A stretch of DNA of 64,000 bases from Oikopleura dioica (taxonomy: Eukaryota > Animalia > Chordata): contig OU015567.1 in NCBI GenBank assembly GCA_907165135.1, positions 14,570,001-14,634,000 of the forward strand, written 5' to 3'. Shown here piece after piece: positions 23,310 to 35,649 of the stretch (position 1 is the stretch's first letter; each line of letters starts with the position of its first letter). The position numbers and the translations under genes are program-made. Under the pieces are notes generated by a model. It worked only from the letters and a program-made list of their open reading frames with translations, searched no databases and had not been told where the DNA came from.

Positions 23310-23750
23310 AATACGAAATCATTAGTTTTCGTGTATTCTCTTCTCTTTGGTTGCTTCTTTTTCTCTTAAAAAGGGGGTAAAAGAAAAGAGGATTAATTGC
23401 CAGTTAATCTCATTATTTATCAACTTTAGCAGTCTATATACCGCGAGAAAGAACGGATATTGTCGCCAAGTATACGATCTGTCCATCTGATCAATTGAGA
23501 ATCGATAAATATTCAAAATCCCATTTGTATTCAAATGAAATGAATGTTTAATTACTAATAGACGCCTCCCTGGCCTCAGGCGCGGGCCGAGGGATCAGTC
23601 TCTTGAAATATCGATTGTCTTTATTTTTCTCTTGTTTTTTGGATTTTTATGCTAAATAATGCACTTTCTTTGTTAACGAATAAAATCAAGTTGAATTGTT
23701 AAAATTACGGGTATCAATCACCACAATAAAAATATCAAATTTAGCTCCTG

Positions 23751-26700
23751 ATGAGCGCTTCTGAAGATGATTGTTGTTCGTCTTCAATTGCTCCTACCGT
23801 GACCACCGCGGGGGTCGGCCCAGGAGGAGATGAGAAGCAGCACGACGAAGTCGCTCGTGGACACAGGGTTGAATGCGCTGTTTGCAATGTCAGGAGCGGC
23901 TCCTTCTTTCTCTCTTAGCACAGGGGTTCCTAAGGGAGTAAGAGTTAGGAAGAAATGATCTTTTTTCTATTCGAGTCCATACTTTCAAATGAAAACTTAC
24001 ACTTGAATGACGCCTTGTTCTACACTTGAACAACCCGATGAACACGTGAAATCTGTAAATAATTGAATTTGAGCCTGATTTGAGACTTGGCCCGCAAGCG
24101 ATGACCATGCACTTGCAAGGAAAACCGCACCTCAAAAAGGTTGAGCACTATCTAATGGAAGATTCGAAGCTTTCCTGGTGCCCAATTTGCTCCGTCCCGA
24201 TGAGCTCGCTGAAGCAAGCTTACTCGCACTGCATGTCGAAGCAGCACTGCGAGAAACTCGTCCGTTCCCAGCAAAGCTCTCAAGAATCGAACTCGCACCA
24301 GCAGCATTCAGGAGGAAACAAGCGAAAGGTAAAACACGAAATTGAAATTAAAAAAAAGAAACGCGTGATTCATATTTTGATTCTTTGAAATCTTGAAAAC
24401 GTTCGGTTGAGTTTGAATTGATAATTCTTTGCAGTATCATAAAAGAAATGATCATCAGCCAGGTAAGAAATCTACGATTTGTCACTTCCTTCCTCTTTCA
24501 TTACAAGCTGGGCTCGGTAATCCTGCGTGGAAGCCTGAGTGAGGGTTCTAAATGAGCTTCTGTAGCGGGCTTTAAAAAGCCGTTATCGAAGCCCTTCCGG
24601 GACCCTGACTCAGGTTACTTGACAATCTACCGAGCCCAGATTACAAGGCCCTGCAGACTCTCGTTTTTTTTCTATAAAATTCTAAAAAAACGAGCTTCTG
24701 TAGAATCCCCTTCTCTCACCCAGTAGATTATTCAAAGCAACTTTGCGCCATTCAGTAAAATTTCAAGAAAATTCATCAAAATTTTACTGACTGGCCGAGA
24801 AAGCGCTGGTGAATCACATGATTTTTCGAGAAAATGAAGCAATAGTAACAATTTACGCTTGCGACATTTTCTCGAAAAAAGCTTATTTAGCTTTTGTGCT
24901 TGAATTCGCGCTAAAAGAAAGAATCTTAGCGAATGATCGGATGCGACAGAATCAGCACATTACTGGCAATCCAGTCAGATACAACAACAACCAAAACCGG
25001 GGAGGGAACCAAAATGACTATCCCGGATCCTCTCATCCTCCTCCTCCACCACCGCTTCAAAAGGTTAGTTTACGGGCACGATAACCTGCGTAGAAATCCG
25101 GGGTCAGGTTTTAGAGTTCAGTAATAGAGTTAAGTTGGTTATGTTGCGAAGCCGCTTCGCGGCTCCGTTTCTAAAAAAGCCGCTACGCTACGCGGCCTTT
25201 GGTTTAAGCTCTTCAAAATCTGACCCAGGTTTTGACGTCAGTCAACTCAAGCTAGTTGCAAAAAATGTCCAAAAATTTCTAAAAATGACTTCAGAAACAA
25301 AACAAATTCGCCTGCTCTGTGTGCCAGGTAACGATGAACTCGCAAAAGCAATACGAAAACCACATGCTTTCGCCGCGCCACATCAACACGAAGAATTCGC
25401 TGGAGAAAGTTGGCGGGGTCGGAATGGCCAACATGGCGCTCCAACAAAATATGACAATAAGCGAGGCAATCGGCCCCAAACGCCCTAAATTTCACGATCC
25501 TTACGCGTAAGTCCTTGATCGACACCTTTATTCGTTTTCTATCATTGTAAGTGGAATAAGCAGTGGATTTGAAGCGTGCAGTTTTTCTGTGTTATTGTTT
25601 TCTTCTTATTAGTTCGTGATTATCGTAAGTCGTTTGGGTCCTTTGCTCCTTGCTGCCTATTTATCGGCGTCCAGTGCGAAATCGGTTTATTTCGAGGAGG
25701 AATCTTTTTCAGGCTTTTCATATGCTTTTTGCTACGTTTTTCTAAAAGCCTTTTTTTGTGAAAACTTGGCATGGTTGTTTGTGTCCATCGGCTGAGCGGA
25801 ACCGAAGGATACTTTTGCGACTCGGACTTTTTCTTGATCATCATTCTTTGGCGAATCGGATCGTCGTCGTAATGGAAATTGTCAGGCACACTGTTGACTC
25901 GAGCACTAACGGGGTTTTCAACCGGGGGCTTCTTCCTTGGCTCTGGGTTTGGCAGGGCGACCCAGACAGATTTCACTGTCTCTTGTGGAATTACGAGCTT
26001 TATAGGATTTTTTTGGTGCATCAATGCTACCTATTTCTCTTTCGAAAATACAAAAAAGAACCTTTCCTTTTCGTCGATGAAGCGTTCATCCTGTTTCGTT
26101 GGATATTTTGCCAGATTGAATCCCTCTAGTTGTCGTAGAACCGGCGATATCGTCTCCAGAATCGGTTGATAGTTAGTTTTTCTATATCGAATTTGTTGAT
26201 CACCCAAGGCACTCGTTCTCTCTTTGCGCCACTTTTCCACGGCCGCCCAGTCAATTGGCTGGCGATCTGGGTTTTTCGGCGATTCGAGAGTGTTTTTTGC
26301 CACTCGGTTGATGACTTCTGCGAATTTCTCGAGCCCTTCGTTCGAAAGATGCAGTCCATCTGTGTGATACCATTTTGGATCCTCGTCAAAGTACGAATCG
26401 TAATCCAGGCCTTTGTTATCGCGAGATGGGCATCTCCGAATTTTCTATTTGAAATTTTGAAATTCCGATTTGTGGAGAAAAGCTACCTCGTTTATCTCTT
26501 TCGCTCGCTCAGCAAACTGATCCTGTCGAGGTACACACAGTGATCGTAAAACAAAGCAATCTTTGTAGATAGTTTCCAGCTTCTGAATGAGGTTTCGGTA
26601 AGCCCAGCTGATTTGCTCGATCGTCTGGAAGACTCTTTCTGTCGACGCATCGTTTGTTCCCACGTGGACGATCACTCCGTCGATTTCATCAGGACTTTCC

Positions 26701-27117
26701 GCCAGGTTTTAAGATTTCGATCAATAAGCAAGTTGTCGAAAATGAACAGATTTTTAAAAACCGGGGCTTGGTAGAACTTCTATGTCGAGAATTTCATTGA
26801 GCTGCCATGTTTGGATTCCCGGATACGAAATCTAAATCATATTTTTTAGCTTGAATTCTTGTTTAATTTCACTCTACCTTTATAATCAAGTCTGGATCTT
26901 CGTCAATGTGACTCAGCATACTGTCTCCAATCAACAGTACTTTTCTCCCGATCTCACTCATTTTCAATGTCTAAAATTAAAATACTTAAATTCTAGTGGC
27001 TATCCGCCGCAGTTCGCCATCGCTGCCGCAGCTCTTGAAAATTTGAACTACGGAGCAGTCCTGGCCGATTCGATTCCGTCAGAAGCGATGAAGCAAGACG
27101 CCAACAATCCTTTCTGA
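23751..27117 (+). CDS. Three-finger matrin/U1-type C2H2 zinc-finger protein (ZMAT/ZNF385-like), multi-exon
   Basis: ECAVCNVR|LGPQAMTMHLQGKPH (joined by a GA-AG intron 23894-24084), CPICSV...HCMSKQH and CSVCQV...HMLSPRH. Donor GTAAGT at 25507 splices in frame to a terminal exon 26997-27117. Confidence 0.8.
24508..24639. mobile_element. MITE family A copy (intronic)
   Basis: ctgggctcggtaatcctg...ctaccgagcccag. Confidence 0.8.
25073..25237. mobile_element. MITE family A copy, degenerate (intronic)
   Basis: gggcacgataacctgcgtagaaa..., with internal gaagccgcttcgcggctc and aaagccgctacg. Confidence 0.7.
25620..26961 (-). CDS. SGNH/GDSL hydrolase, multi-exon, nested antisense in the last intron of the zinc-finger gene
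   Basis: Block I VLLIGDS (exon 26961-26878), block II SYPG (after a 46-nt intron), block III VIVHVGTND and block V DGLH. One exon junction (exon 2 to 3) could not be resolved. Confidence 0.8.
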
Positions 27118-27588
27118 AAGGAAGTCGATGTTTCCTGCCGACTAGAAATCACTGTAGAATCAAAAAAATGACAATCTCGCTCTTCCAAAAAATAAAAATT
27201 GTTTCTGATGCGTTCTGTAACTAACTGTAACTGTAGCTCACTACCTATTTCCCCTTCTTCACTATTCTATTTAAAACTTTAAAAGGTAACATGACATTCA
27301 TTTTCGCTCATTTTCTAGAAATTTCAAACTGATAGATGCAAAAAATAAAACAAACATTGAATTCGTAAAATGCTCTTTTTCGTGTCAAAATTAAAGGATT
27401 TCGGTCGTTTATATAGGCACCGGAAATCGGTGTATGTCTTTTTCGCGAGATTTGATTGGCTCAAATTCATGTGATAGGTTCGAGCGCCCCACCCGCGCCG
27501 ATTTTTCAGCGCCCCTCACACCTGATTTCGGGCAACTGCTGCTTCTCGCGAAAGAGACTGATTTTTCACCAATTCGTATCTTTTAGAA

Positions 27589-30500
27589 ATGAAAGGGAAG
27601 AGAGGTCGGGATCATCTGGAAATCTCCAGTGGGAGATCGGGCAGCGTGCCTGTCGAGGAGGAGACTTTGTACAGCGCTGTTCTTAGTGGAAAGTTTCCGA
27701 TGAACACACTGGCCGGCGGATGGATTGAACGGTATCAGGAAAAGGGTTTAAATCGAGGCTTGCCAACCTGTGTAGAAAGTCTGGGTCAGGGTCTTGAAAA
27801 ACGTTAGTTAATGGCGGGTAGCTTTTTCAGAACCCTGACTCAGGTTTTCGAGCACAAATTGAAATTTATTTTTTCTTTGGAAAAATCTTTGTTTTCAACC
27901 TTTCTATCAGCGAGATCGAGACACTGCTCTGCTCGAGATCATTCAATTCTTCATCCACGCATCTGGATGCCGAGGAAAAGTGACAACCGAGCTCTACCAG
28001 GGAATCGGCGGGGGATTCCAAGAAGTCCTCAAAGCAATGACGACGGAATTCGGCGAAGAAACGAGCGAGTACCCACTGATCATCTCGACGAACCAATTTC
28101 GTCGCTTCAAAAGCTGCCTGTCAGAGATCATCACTCAAATCGCCACGAAATGCTACGAAGGCGAACTTTTGTACGACGAGTTTTTGATGGACTACGTTCT
28201 TCAACTGTTGATCGAAATGTCGCAGAGTTTTGTCCGTGCTTTTAGGCACACGGGCACATTTTGCTCGATGAAGTTGATGTCTTCTCTTGTCCAGGTAAAC
28301 TGATTTCAAGATCTTCTGAATTTCTTATTATAATGATTCTAGGCCGCGTTGAACGTCAATAAAGAAATCGAAGACACTTCGAAGCAATACGAGATCGAGT
28401 ACTCCAAAATGGGCGGCGAAAGATCTCAGGACGCACTGGATATGTTGAGCGACAGGAAAACAGAGCTCGAAGGGCATCAACAAGAAGTCGAACAGTTTCT
28501 CAACAATGTCTTCAAAGATATCTTCATCATGCGCTACCGAGACATTTGCCCAGAAATCCGAGTCATTTGCATGGACGAAATTTCCGTGTGGATGAAGACT
28601 TTTCCCAAGGTCTTTCTATCCGACCAATATTTGAAATACGTCGGCTGGTTGTTGAACGACAAGTCAAAGGAAGTCCGACGATCGTGCTTGACCGCTCTGG
28701 GCGCGCTGTTCAAAGATCGAGAGCTGTGCCAAGATTTGGCTCTTTTCACCAAACGATTCAAGAAGCGGCTAATTTCTATGACCTGCGATGTGGATCAAGA
28801 ATGCGCCGTTGCCGCCATCAAGGCTCTCACAAATGTCCTCGTCAATCGCCTTGAGCTGAGCCTCGATTTCTCTGACGAAGATTGCGAAAGTATTTACCAA
28901 CTGGTCTTCCACGTCCACCGCCCGATCGCTGTGGCAGCTGCTGAGTTTTTGAACAAAAATCTGCTCACAGGAACTGGCTATGAAGAAAATTCGTTCACAA
29001 GGCGGGGAAAGCGACGATCAAAGAACGCACCACATTTTATCAATCTCGTCCAGTTCTACACAGACGCAGACATTCATCAGCACACGACGTATCTGGTCGA
29101 CGCGCTTTGGGACGTGAATCCGAGTTTGCTAAAGGACTGGGAATGCATGACGCAACTTTTGCTCGATGACGACAGCGCACTGAAGCATCAGGACGAAACC
29201 GCGCTTGTTGATCTTCTCGTCCGAACTGTCAAGCAAGCTGCCAGTGGCCAACCACCCGCCGGAAGAACAGGCGGTCACCAGAAAAAGCACACTGGCCAGA
29301 GCGCTAGAACAAAAGTCGCAGAAGACCGATCGTTGCTTACCGACGAGCTCATTGAATCGCTGCCCAAGCTTTTCGCCAAGTTTGGAACTGATCGCGAGAA
29401 GATTATTTTACTGCTTCAAATCCCGCGATTCTTCGATTTGGACAGCTACACGGTGAACCGAGGGGAGAAGTTCCTCGACGAGCTGCTTCACGAATTGAAG
29501 CAGATTGTTAAAAAACACGCTGTTGAAGAGATTCTAGTGGAGGTTTCAGAAACGTTCGCGTATTTGGCAAATCCTGACGCCACGATCTGTACAAAAGTGC
29601 ACTCGGCTGTTACTCTTCTTGTCGATCATTTGAACGATAACTTTGTCCAGACGATCAACTTTATGCAGCAGAATGAAAATGAGTTGAGTGGAGAAGATAC
29701 AGCCGTTCTTGGAACTCTTGCCCGGCGACTTTCATTGCTTTCTGGAAAGAATGATTTGACTCACAAGGGATTGGGAATGACCGCGATCGAATTGTTGAAG
29801 TCAAGAATCATGGCGAATGAAAATGGAATGAATTTTATTCAGCTTGATGCTGGGCTAACAAGGTAAGAAAATGCTCTTTAGCTTTTGTCTTGAGAAACAT
29901 TTTAGTTCTCTGATGAACATGATCTTCACCGACTGCTGCTGGTGGAAGATCAAAATTGAAGAAGGTCAAATCGACGATCAAGAAAGAGTCCTTCGAAATC
30001 TCCGATTCATGGTCGACCAAATGCTTGAGTACGCAGAGATTTTGCTCAAATCTTCATTGCCTAAGGAAACGCACGAGTCAGTCTACTGCAATACTGTCGA
30101 TGTTCTCCAACTCTTTGCGCCACAAATCGCTCATAATCCTATCTTTGAGCCCGTAAGACTTTTTATACATGACAAAATAAAAAGTGAATGTTTTATAGCT
30201 GATTACCTCTGCCGGTGACAGTCTCATCGAGTGCTTCAAAATGTTCTTGGGCACTTACGTATTTGAACCAGCGATGAATGGATCCGCCAAAAATACGACC
30301 GAAAGCCGCGCTGACAAAAATCAGGATCTCGTCAAGCGCCGACGTTTCCTTGCGGCTTATTGCAAGCTTTTTGCGTGGAAGTATGGCGTTTGTTCAATTA
30401 CTTTTTCTTACAGAAATTTAGGTGGATCGACATGGTTCACGGAGCCGAAGTGTTGATGCACTACTTGAAATGTTACCAAGATTACGGAGACATAATCAAA

Positions 30501-33500
30501 GAAGCAATTTCCAAAACTCGAAATATCGATCAAGGAACCTCTGCCTATACGCTCGTTACTGCCCTCCAAAAGATGTACCTCAATCTATTGGATCAGAATA
30601 ATGGTGTCTTGGACAAGTCATCCCAAGACTTTGCTCAGTTGAAAGGTATAAAATTCAGAAAAATATTCGACCTTACCGAATGATTAAGAACTTGCCCGTC
30701 GTTTTGCTCTCACATTCGGCCTCGATACAAACCGAACTCGCGATGCTGTCAGTGAACTTCACAAATGGGGCATTGAATTTGCATGCAAGGTCTATCCTGG
30801 AGAGAATTTGCCTCGCTACATGAGCTTCTTGGACGTGCTGACCGAATTCTCGACGAAGCTCATCAAACAGGATCGACCAGTCATCGTTAATCACCTCAAA
30901 CGAAGACTTCCTCAAGGGGTCGAGCCTGCTGAAGAAGAGGAGTACTGGATTCCTTTCGTCACTTACCGGTAAAGCCAGGAATTGAACATCAGGTTCAACT
31001 CTTTTAGGAACACTTTGGTCCCAACAGAAGGAAGGCTGCGCAATGTCCCGGCCCGAGGAGCTCATCGAGTCAACCAAACACCTCAATTTGTCCCTGCTCA
31101 ACAACAGTCTATGCAGAATCGTCAACGGCGTCTATCCAATAGTTCCATCATGTCCAATGATTCCGTAGGAAACGACTTTTTTTTATAATCAATTAACATG
31201 ATTCTAGGCCGCATCGGATATTACTGCTGGTATGTCAACCCACCATAGCTACATGGAATCCACTGCCATTCCTCGGCAACAAAATCAGTCCTCAAGGTAC
31301 AGTAACGTGACGTCAACTCCCGGGTCAGCAGCATCAACAGAGACTCCTGCAACAAGATCAAGCACCCTCACTAAAAGTTCGAGCAGTATTCGAGGAGTTC
31401 TAAAGCCTCGCAAACGGCAAATTCAAGACTATACTCCGCCTACCGCAGAAATAGGCGCACTTTCGATTTCGACTCCGGCGGTAGAAATAAGCGCCAAAAA
31501 GCCGCGTAAACTAAGAGGCGTTCCCCAGTCCACACCAGCAGGCCAAGGCATCGACCCCGAAAAAGGCCGGGGAACCTCGTCCCGTAGAGTCCGCTTCCAA
31601 GAAAGTCAGAAAGAGAGTACTACCGGAAGCTCAGTCGGTAGAGGGCTTTTTAATGATAAAAGCAGCACAGATAATGCAACTGTCAGTCCTTCTCAGGATA
31701 ATAGTGCAGGAAATACTCAGTATGAGAATGTTGCTGACAGAAACGACGGCGAGACTACAGATGAAGACATGGAGGACATCAACAACCGCCTCCAGCAGTC
31801 CGAGATTCATGGAAACACCGAATCTGAAGCGTCGGAAGTGGAAGAAGATTTCAAACCCCGAGTTAGCCAGATTCAAGCTCAGAAAAACGATTCACCAACC
31901 GCAACTGATTTTAGAGACTTTCTCGCTGAGGAGCAGACTCAAACTCAATCTCCTAAAATTCCTATTATCAAGCCGGTTTTAAAGAAACGCGCAAGGTTCA
32001 CCAACCGGCCAGATAGTGAAAGCGAGGAGGGTCAAGAAGAAGATGATTCTGGAAGCGCAACAGAGACGGAAGCACCAGAAACTCCAAAAGTCAAATCAAA
32101 AAGACAAGGCGGACACCGACGATCTAAGAGTCAGAATTTGTCTCATCGTGATAGTAAAGATACATCTGATTCGGACTCAGGAAGTGCGACCGAAACTGAG
32201 GCCACGCAAAAGACTCCGGTGATCAAAAGACTTGGTCGGCCTCGATCCCGTCATCACAGATCCATTGTTTCAAAATCTCCTGAAACACAAAATTCCGAGC
32301 CAGGTCCGAGCGGTCTTCAATCTGATCCCTCGGAGCCAATCTTAAATCGACCTGGTCGACGAAGAATTCGAGATAATATCTCGACCTCGGAATCCGAAGA
32401 TGAGCAATCCCAGGTCGAAGAAGCTCCCGATGTTTCTCCAGAAAAATCCGAACCAACTGTTATTCGACGAGGACGAGCTCGACGTGCTCGTAATGAGGAT
32501 CCATCCTCGGAATCTGCTCTTGAAACGACGATGGAAGCTAAATCGGATTCCGAAGACGATTCTGATAAAAAGAAAGACAGCGACAAGGAAAACGCTCCAG
32601 CTCCGGTACAACGCGAGCCTACTACACCAATAGTAAAGGCGCGCCCTGGTCGACGACGCAAGATGCATTCGTTCGACACTTCTGACTCAGAAAAAGAACA
32701 GACACAAGAAATTGTACCGGATAAAGAAAAGCAAACTTCTACTTGGTCTACTGGGAATTCCTCTCTTCAGGAAACAATAATCGCTTCCGCTGAAATGTCA
32801 CCAGAAAGGGCTCGTGGTGCCCGGAAGAAAACTCAATTTCAGAAGCCACCTGCAATGTCTCCCCGGAAGAGTCAGTCCTCCCATCGAACTGCCTCACAAG
32901 AACGAGTACAGATGGAAACTGGGTTTGAGCTTGAATCGCCATCAGATGATCACGTAAGTTCGTCTGTGGGAGAGCTGCAGATTGTTGAAAGCGAGTCGGA
33001 GAAGAATGATCAAAGTGAGAAGGAAAATAACGAGCCGAACATGATGGAAACTGAGGGAATGGTGACTCCCACAAATTTTGTTCGAGCTCAGGGTATTCGA
33101 AGAAAGAAAGGCTCTCAAAAGAATCCAGCGAGAGATAGTGTTCTTAGCTCGGATACGCGACACATAGAGTACCCACAAACTCCTTCAACGACGGTTGCGA
33201 CTACGTCTACGTCCTCCAGCTCCCAGAGCCCTGTTGTCTCCCAGAAGCGGACTCGCTCCTTCCGCCGCCGTTCCGAAGTCGTCCCAACTGCTCAAGAGCC
33301 ACCTACACCGACTCCCGCTCGTCGACGTTTGAAGCCAGTGCCTGAAAACGACGAAATCAGCATTGGAGGCTCGGATAGAATGCATGTCGATGAACTGCGA
33401 ACTAATCAGCAGTCGCAAAGAAAGTCTCTGGATGCCAGAGTTCATTTGGAGATCAAGGAAGAGTCCGATTCGGAGATGTCAGAAGCCTCGGCATTCTCTT

Positions 33501-33532
33501 CACAGGAAAGCGGTTCAACTTATAATATATAA
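27589..33532 (+). CDS. STAG: Cohesin subunit SA/STAG (stromalin) with a ~775-aa low-complexity C-terminal exon
   Basis: WIERYQ|[56 protein letters not shown] and [13 protein letters not shown] phase-0 intron 31165-31207 joins the long terminal ORF. Confidence 0.93.
27754..27856. mobile_element. MITE family A copy inside STAG intron 1
   Basis: ggcttgccaacctgtgtagaaagtctgggtcagggt...accctgactcaggttttc. Confidence 0.75.
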
Positions 33533-33614
33533 ATATATAAAGTAAATACTTTTTTTACGTCTTCTATTCTTGTTGACCCTTGAAAAGTCTCGCGCGTCTA
33601 CCGCGGCATATGAT

Positions 33615-34178
33615 ATGGAGAATCCAGTTGATACTCAGTATCACTCTCCACAAGCTGAGAGCGACGAGTACGGTACACCCGATGAAGAATTGGAAGAGCA
33701 AAGACCAACTGAACGTATTCTTGAGAGCCAAAGTATTGCGATCTCAACTGATAGAAGCAGTAACATGCGCACCTATTCTTCTTCTTCACGAGCTGTCAAT
33801 ATGTCGAATCCTTCAACGAGACCACGGACATACTCTTCTTCTAGCCGAGCGATAGAACGAATGTCCGAAGATGAGTCTGAGTACAGCGATGCTGGAAATG
33901 CGAGCTTTCAAGCTCACACGGGAATCGGACAATGCGCTTCCTCCGATATGATCTCAGACATCGGCACCGTTTGTTCTCCGCCAAGTCGCTACATGCGAGA
34001 GCGAAGGAAGGGTTTTTATTTTTCGGGCATAAAAAGAAAGGCTTCTCATTTGAGAAAAGATTCAAACCTAGCTAAGAAAACAATCAGACTCGATGACCGG
34101 CAATGCAAGCTCAACCAACTCGCGCAAGAAGCGATAAAAAGCAAAATTAATAGAGTTCACAAATGCAGCTCCACATAG
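33615..34178 (+). CDS. Orphan S/E-rich ORF; separate gene or alternative STAG exon
   Basis: ORF of ~187 aa from ATG 33615 with a repeated RTYSSSSRA. A plus-strand GTGAG..TTAG intron at 34386-34429 suggests further exons. Confidence 0.35.
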   Translation: MENPVDTQYHSPQAESDEYGTPDEELEEQRPTERILESQSIAISTDRSSNMRTYSSSSRAVNMSNPSTRPRTYSSSSRAIERMSEDESEYSDAGNASFQAHTGIGQCASSDMISDIGTVCSPPSRYMRERRKGFYFSGIKRKASHLRKDSNLAKKTIRLDDRQCKLNQLAQEAIKSKINRVHKCSST

Positions 34179-34643
34179 TTCAAATTACTTTTCACATCCC
34201 AAAATTGATAAATTCAAATTCTGCATTCCAAGCATTGCCAGCAGCCAGCAATTTTTTTTACGTGTAACCAAGAACCCATAATCTTCAATTGAAGGAGTAC
34301 CACTTATTTTCATTGTTTCAGATTTGATGAGACAAGCCACCACCAGTACCAAAACTCGCAGCAACAGTTTCATTCAACGAACCAGGTGAGTTCAACAAAA
34401 TTCGACTGAAAATTACCTTATTCCGTTAGTCGTACCAACAGCATTAACACTACATGATGAAAAACGAAACCTTTCTTCCAGCAAAATACTGCCAAAAACC
34501 TGCTCCCAGAAGAGTCAGCTCCTAGAACTATTCCTTACTGAACTTTCATTATCCTTATTCATTATCCTTTCTTTCCCTCTTCTTTCCGAAACTTCCGAAA
34601 GGACTTCTCAGTGAACTTGCAATAAATTCAACATTCAGAAAAA

Positions 34644-35619
34644 ATGCTCAGAGCTCCAATAAGTGGAAATAAGCGCATTTGGCTTGATTTTTCGATTTCA
34701 AACTCGCCGGCAAAGCGCGTCAACATTTCCTTATTCGATAACGCTTATCAAGGATCGTTTTTATGTTTTGTCACTTAGACCTGAAAGCTTTAGGCGAAAT
34801 TAACGCATTTCAAAAACATGCAAAAGCCCCGACTGCGAAAATCTTTGAAAAAATAAAATCGGAACCGGGATGGATGATCGGCCCGATAAAAGGGATGGTC
34901 GAAAAAGATTTTTTACTCACAGGAAGCAGGGAAGATCCGAGATCCGCTGGAGTTATTAAGTTTATCGATTATGAGAGGCTGATATTCGACTCGTCAAGGT
35001 TATTTCGAATTTTTGATGAAAAAAAAAACTAATTATTCAAGTGATTCTCATCCGAATTTCTTCTTGGGTCATCATAACTCCGGTCTGGTGTCGATTGAAA
35101 AGGATAGTGCTGGCGTGGAGCTGTTAGTATCCCTCGGCGCGTGCCCCTATTTCGACCGCGAGCCCCTTGGAAACCTCCCTTCCTCACGTGAACGGGTTGT
35201 GCTTGGAGTTGTCGAAGACCTGAATAGCATTCAAGATTTTCACGGAATGGTAGTAGCCGAAGAAACGGGCCTGCCGGTCAGTGGTTCAGTTGAAGTTATT
35301 AACGCCGGTGTGCCAAATGAGGATTTATCCGAAGCCGAGCTGAAAGAGCTCAACAAAAGAATATCAAACTATCAATTTGAAGATTTGAAGCCGAGGTAAA
35401 AGAGCTTTTCTCATTTCGCCGAATAAAATCACCTTTAGAAATCGACTCTTTTACAAAGTTGTTTCTGGAAGTTTGGATTTAATTACTTTCCGAGACATTT
35501 ATAAATGGACTACCTCTTGGGGAATCATTTACGGATTCATCATTTTCCTGATTTATTCCTGGCAAAAACAATCTAAAAAGTTCAACAGAATCGACTGGGC
35601 CGCAGCCACGGCCAGATAA
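34644..35619 (+). CDS. Divergent cyclophilin-like protein with a C-terminal hydrophobic anchor, multi-exon
   Basis: By-eye alignment to the cyclophilin fold: KRIWLDFSISNSPAKRVNISLF, NFFLGHHNSGLVSI, ERVVLGVVEDLNSIQDF and VEVINAGV. Ends in WGIIYGFIIFLIYSW. Confidence 0.6.
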
Positions 35620-35649
35620 ATTAAAAATAATGATTTTTGAACTTTCAGA

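Noticed and set aside
34185-34373. 62-aa minus-strand ORF that looks like a secreted peptide precursor (signal peptide, RKK, Cys...LGC)
   Set aside because: The hydrophobic stretch is the antisense of a plus-strand CAG/CAA/CAC-rich exon bounded by a ttttcAG acceptor and a GTGAG..TTAG intron (34386-34429), so it is probably a shadow ORF.
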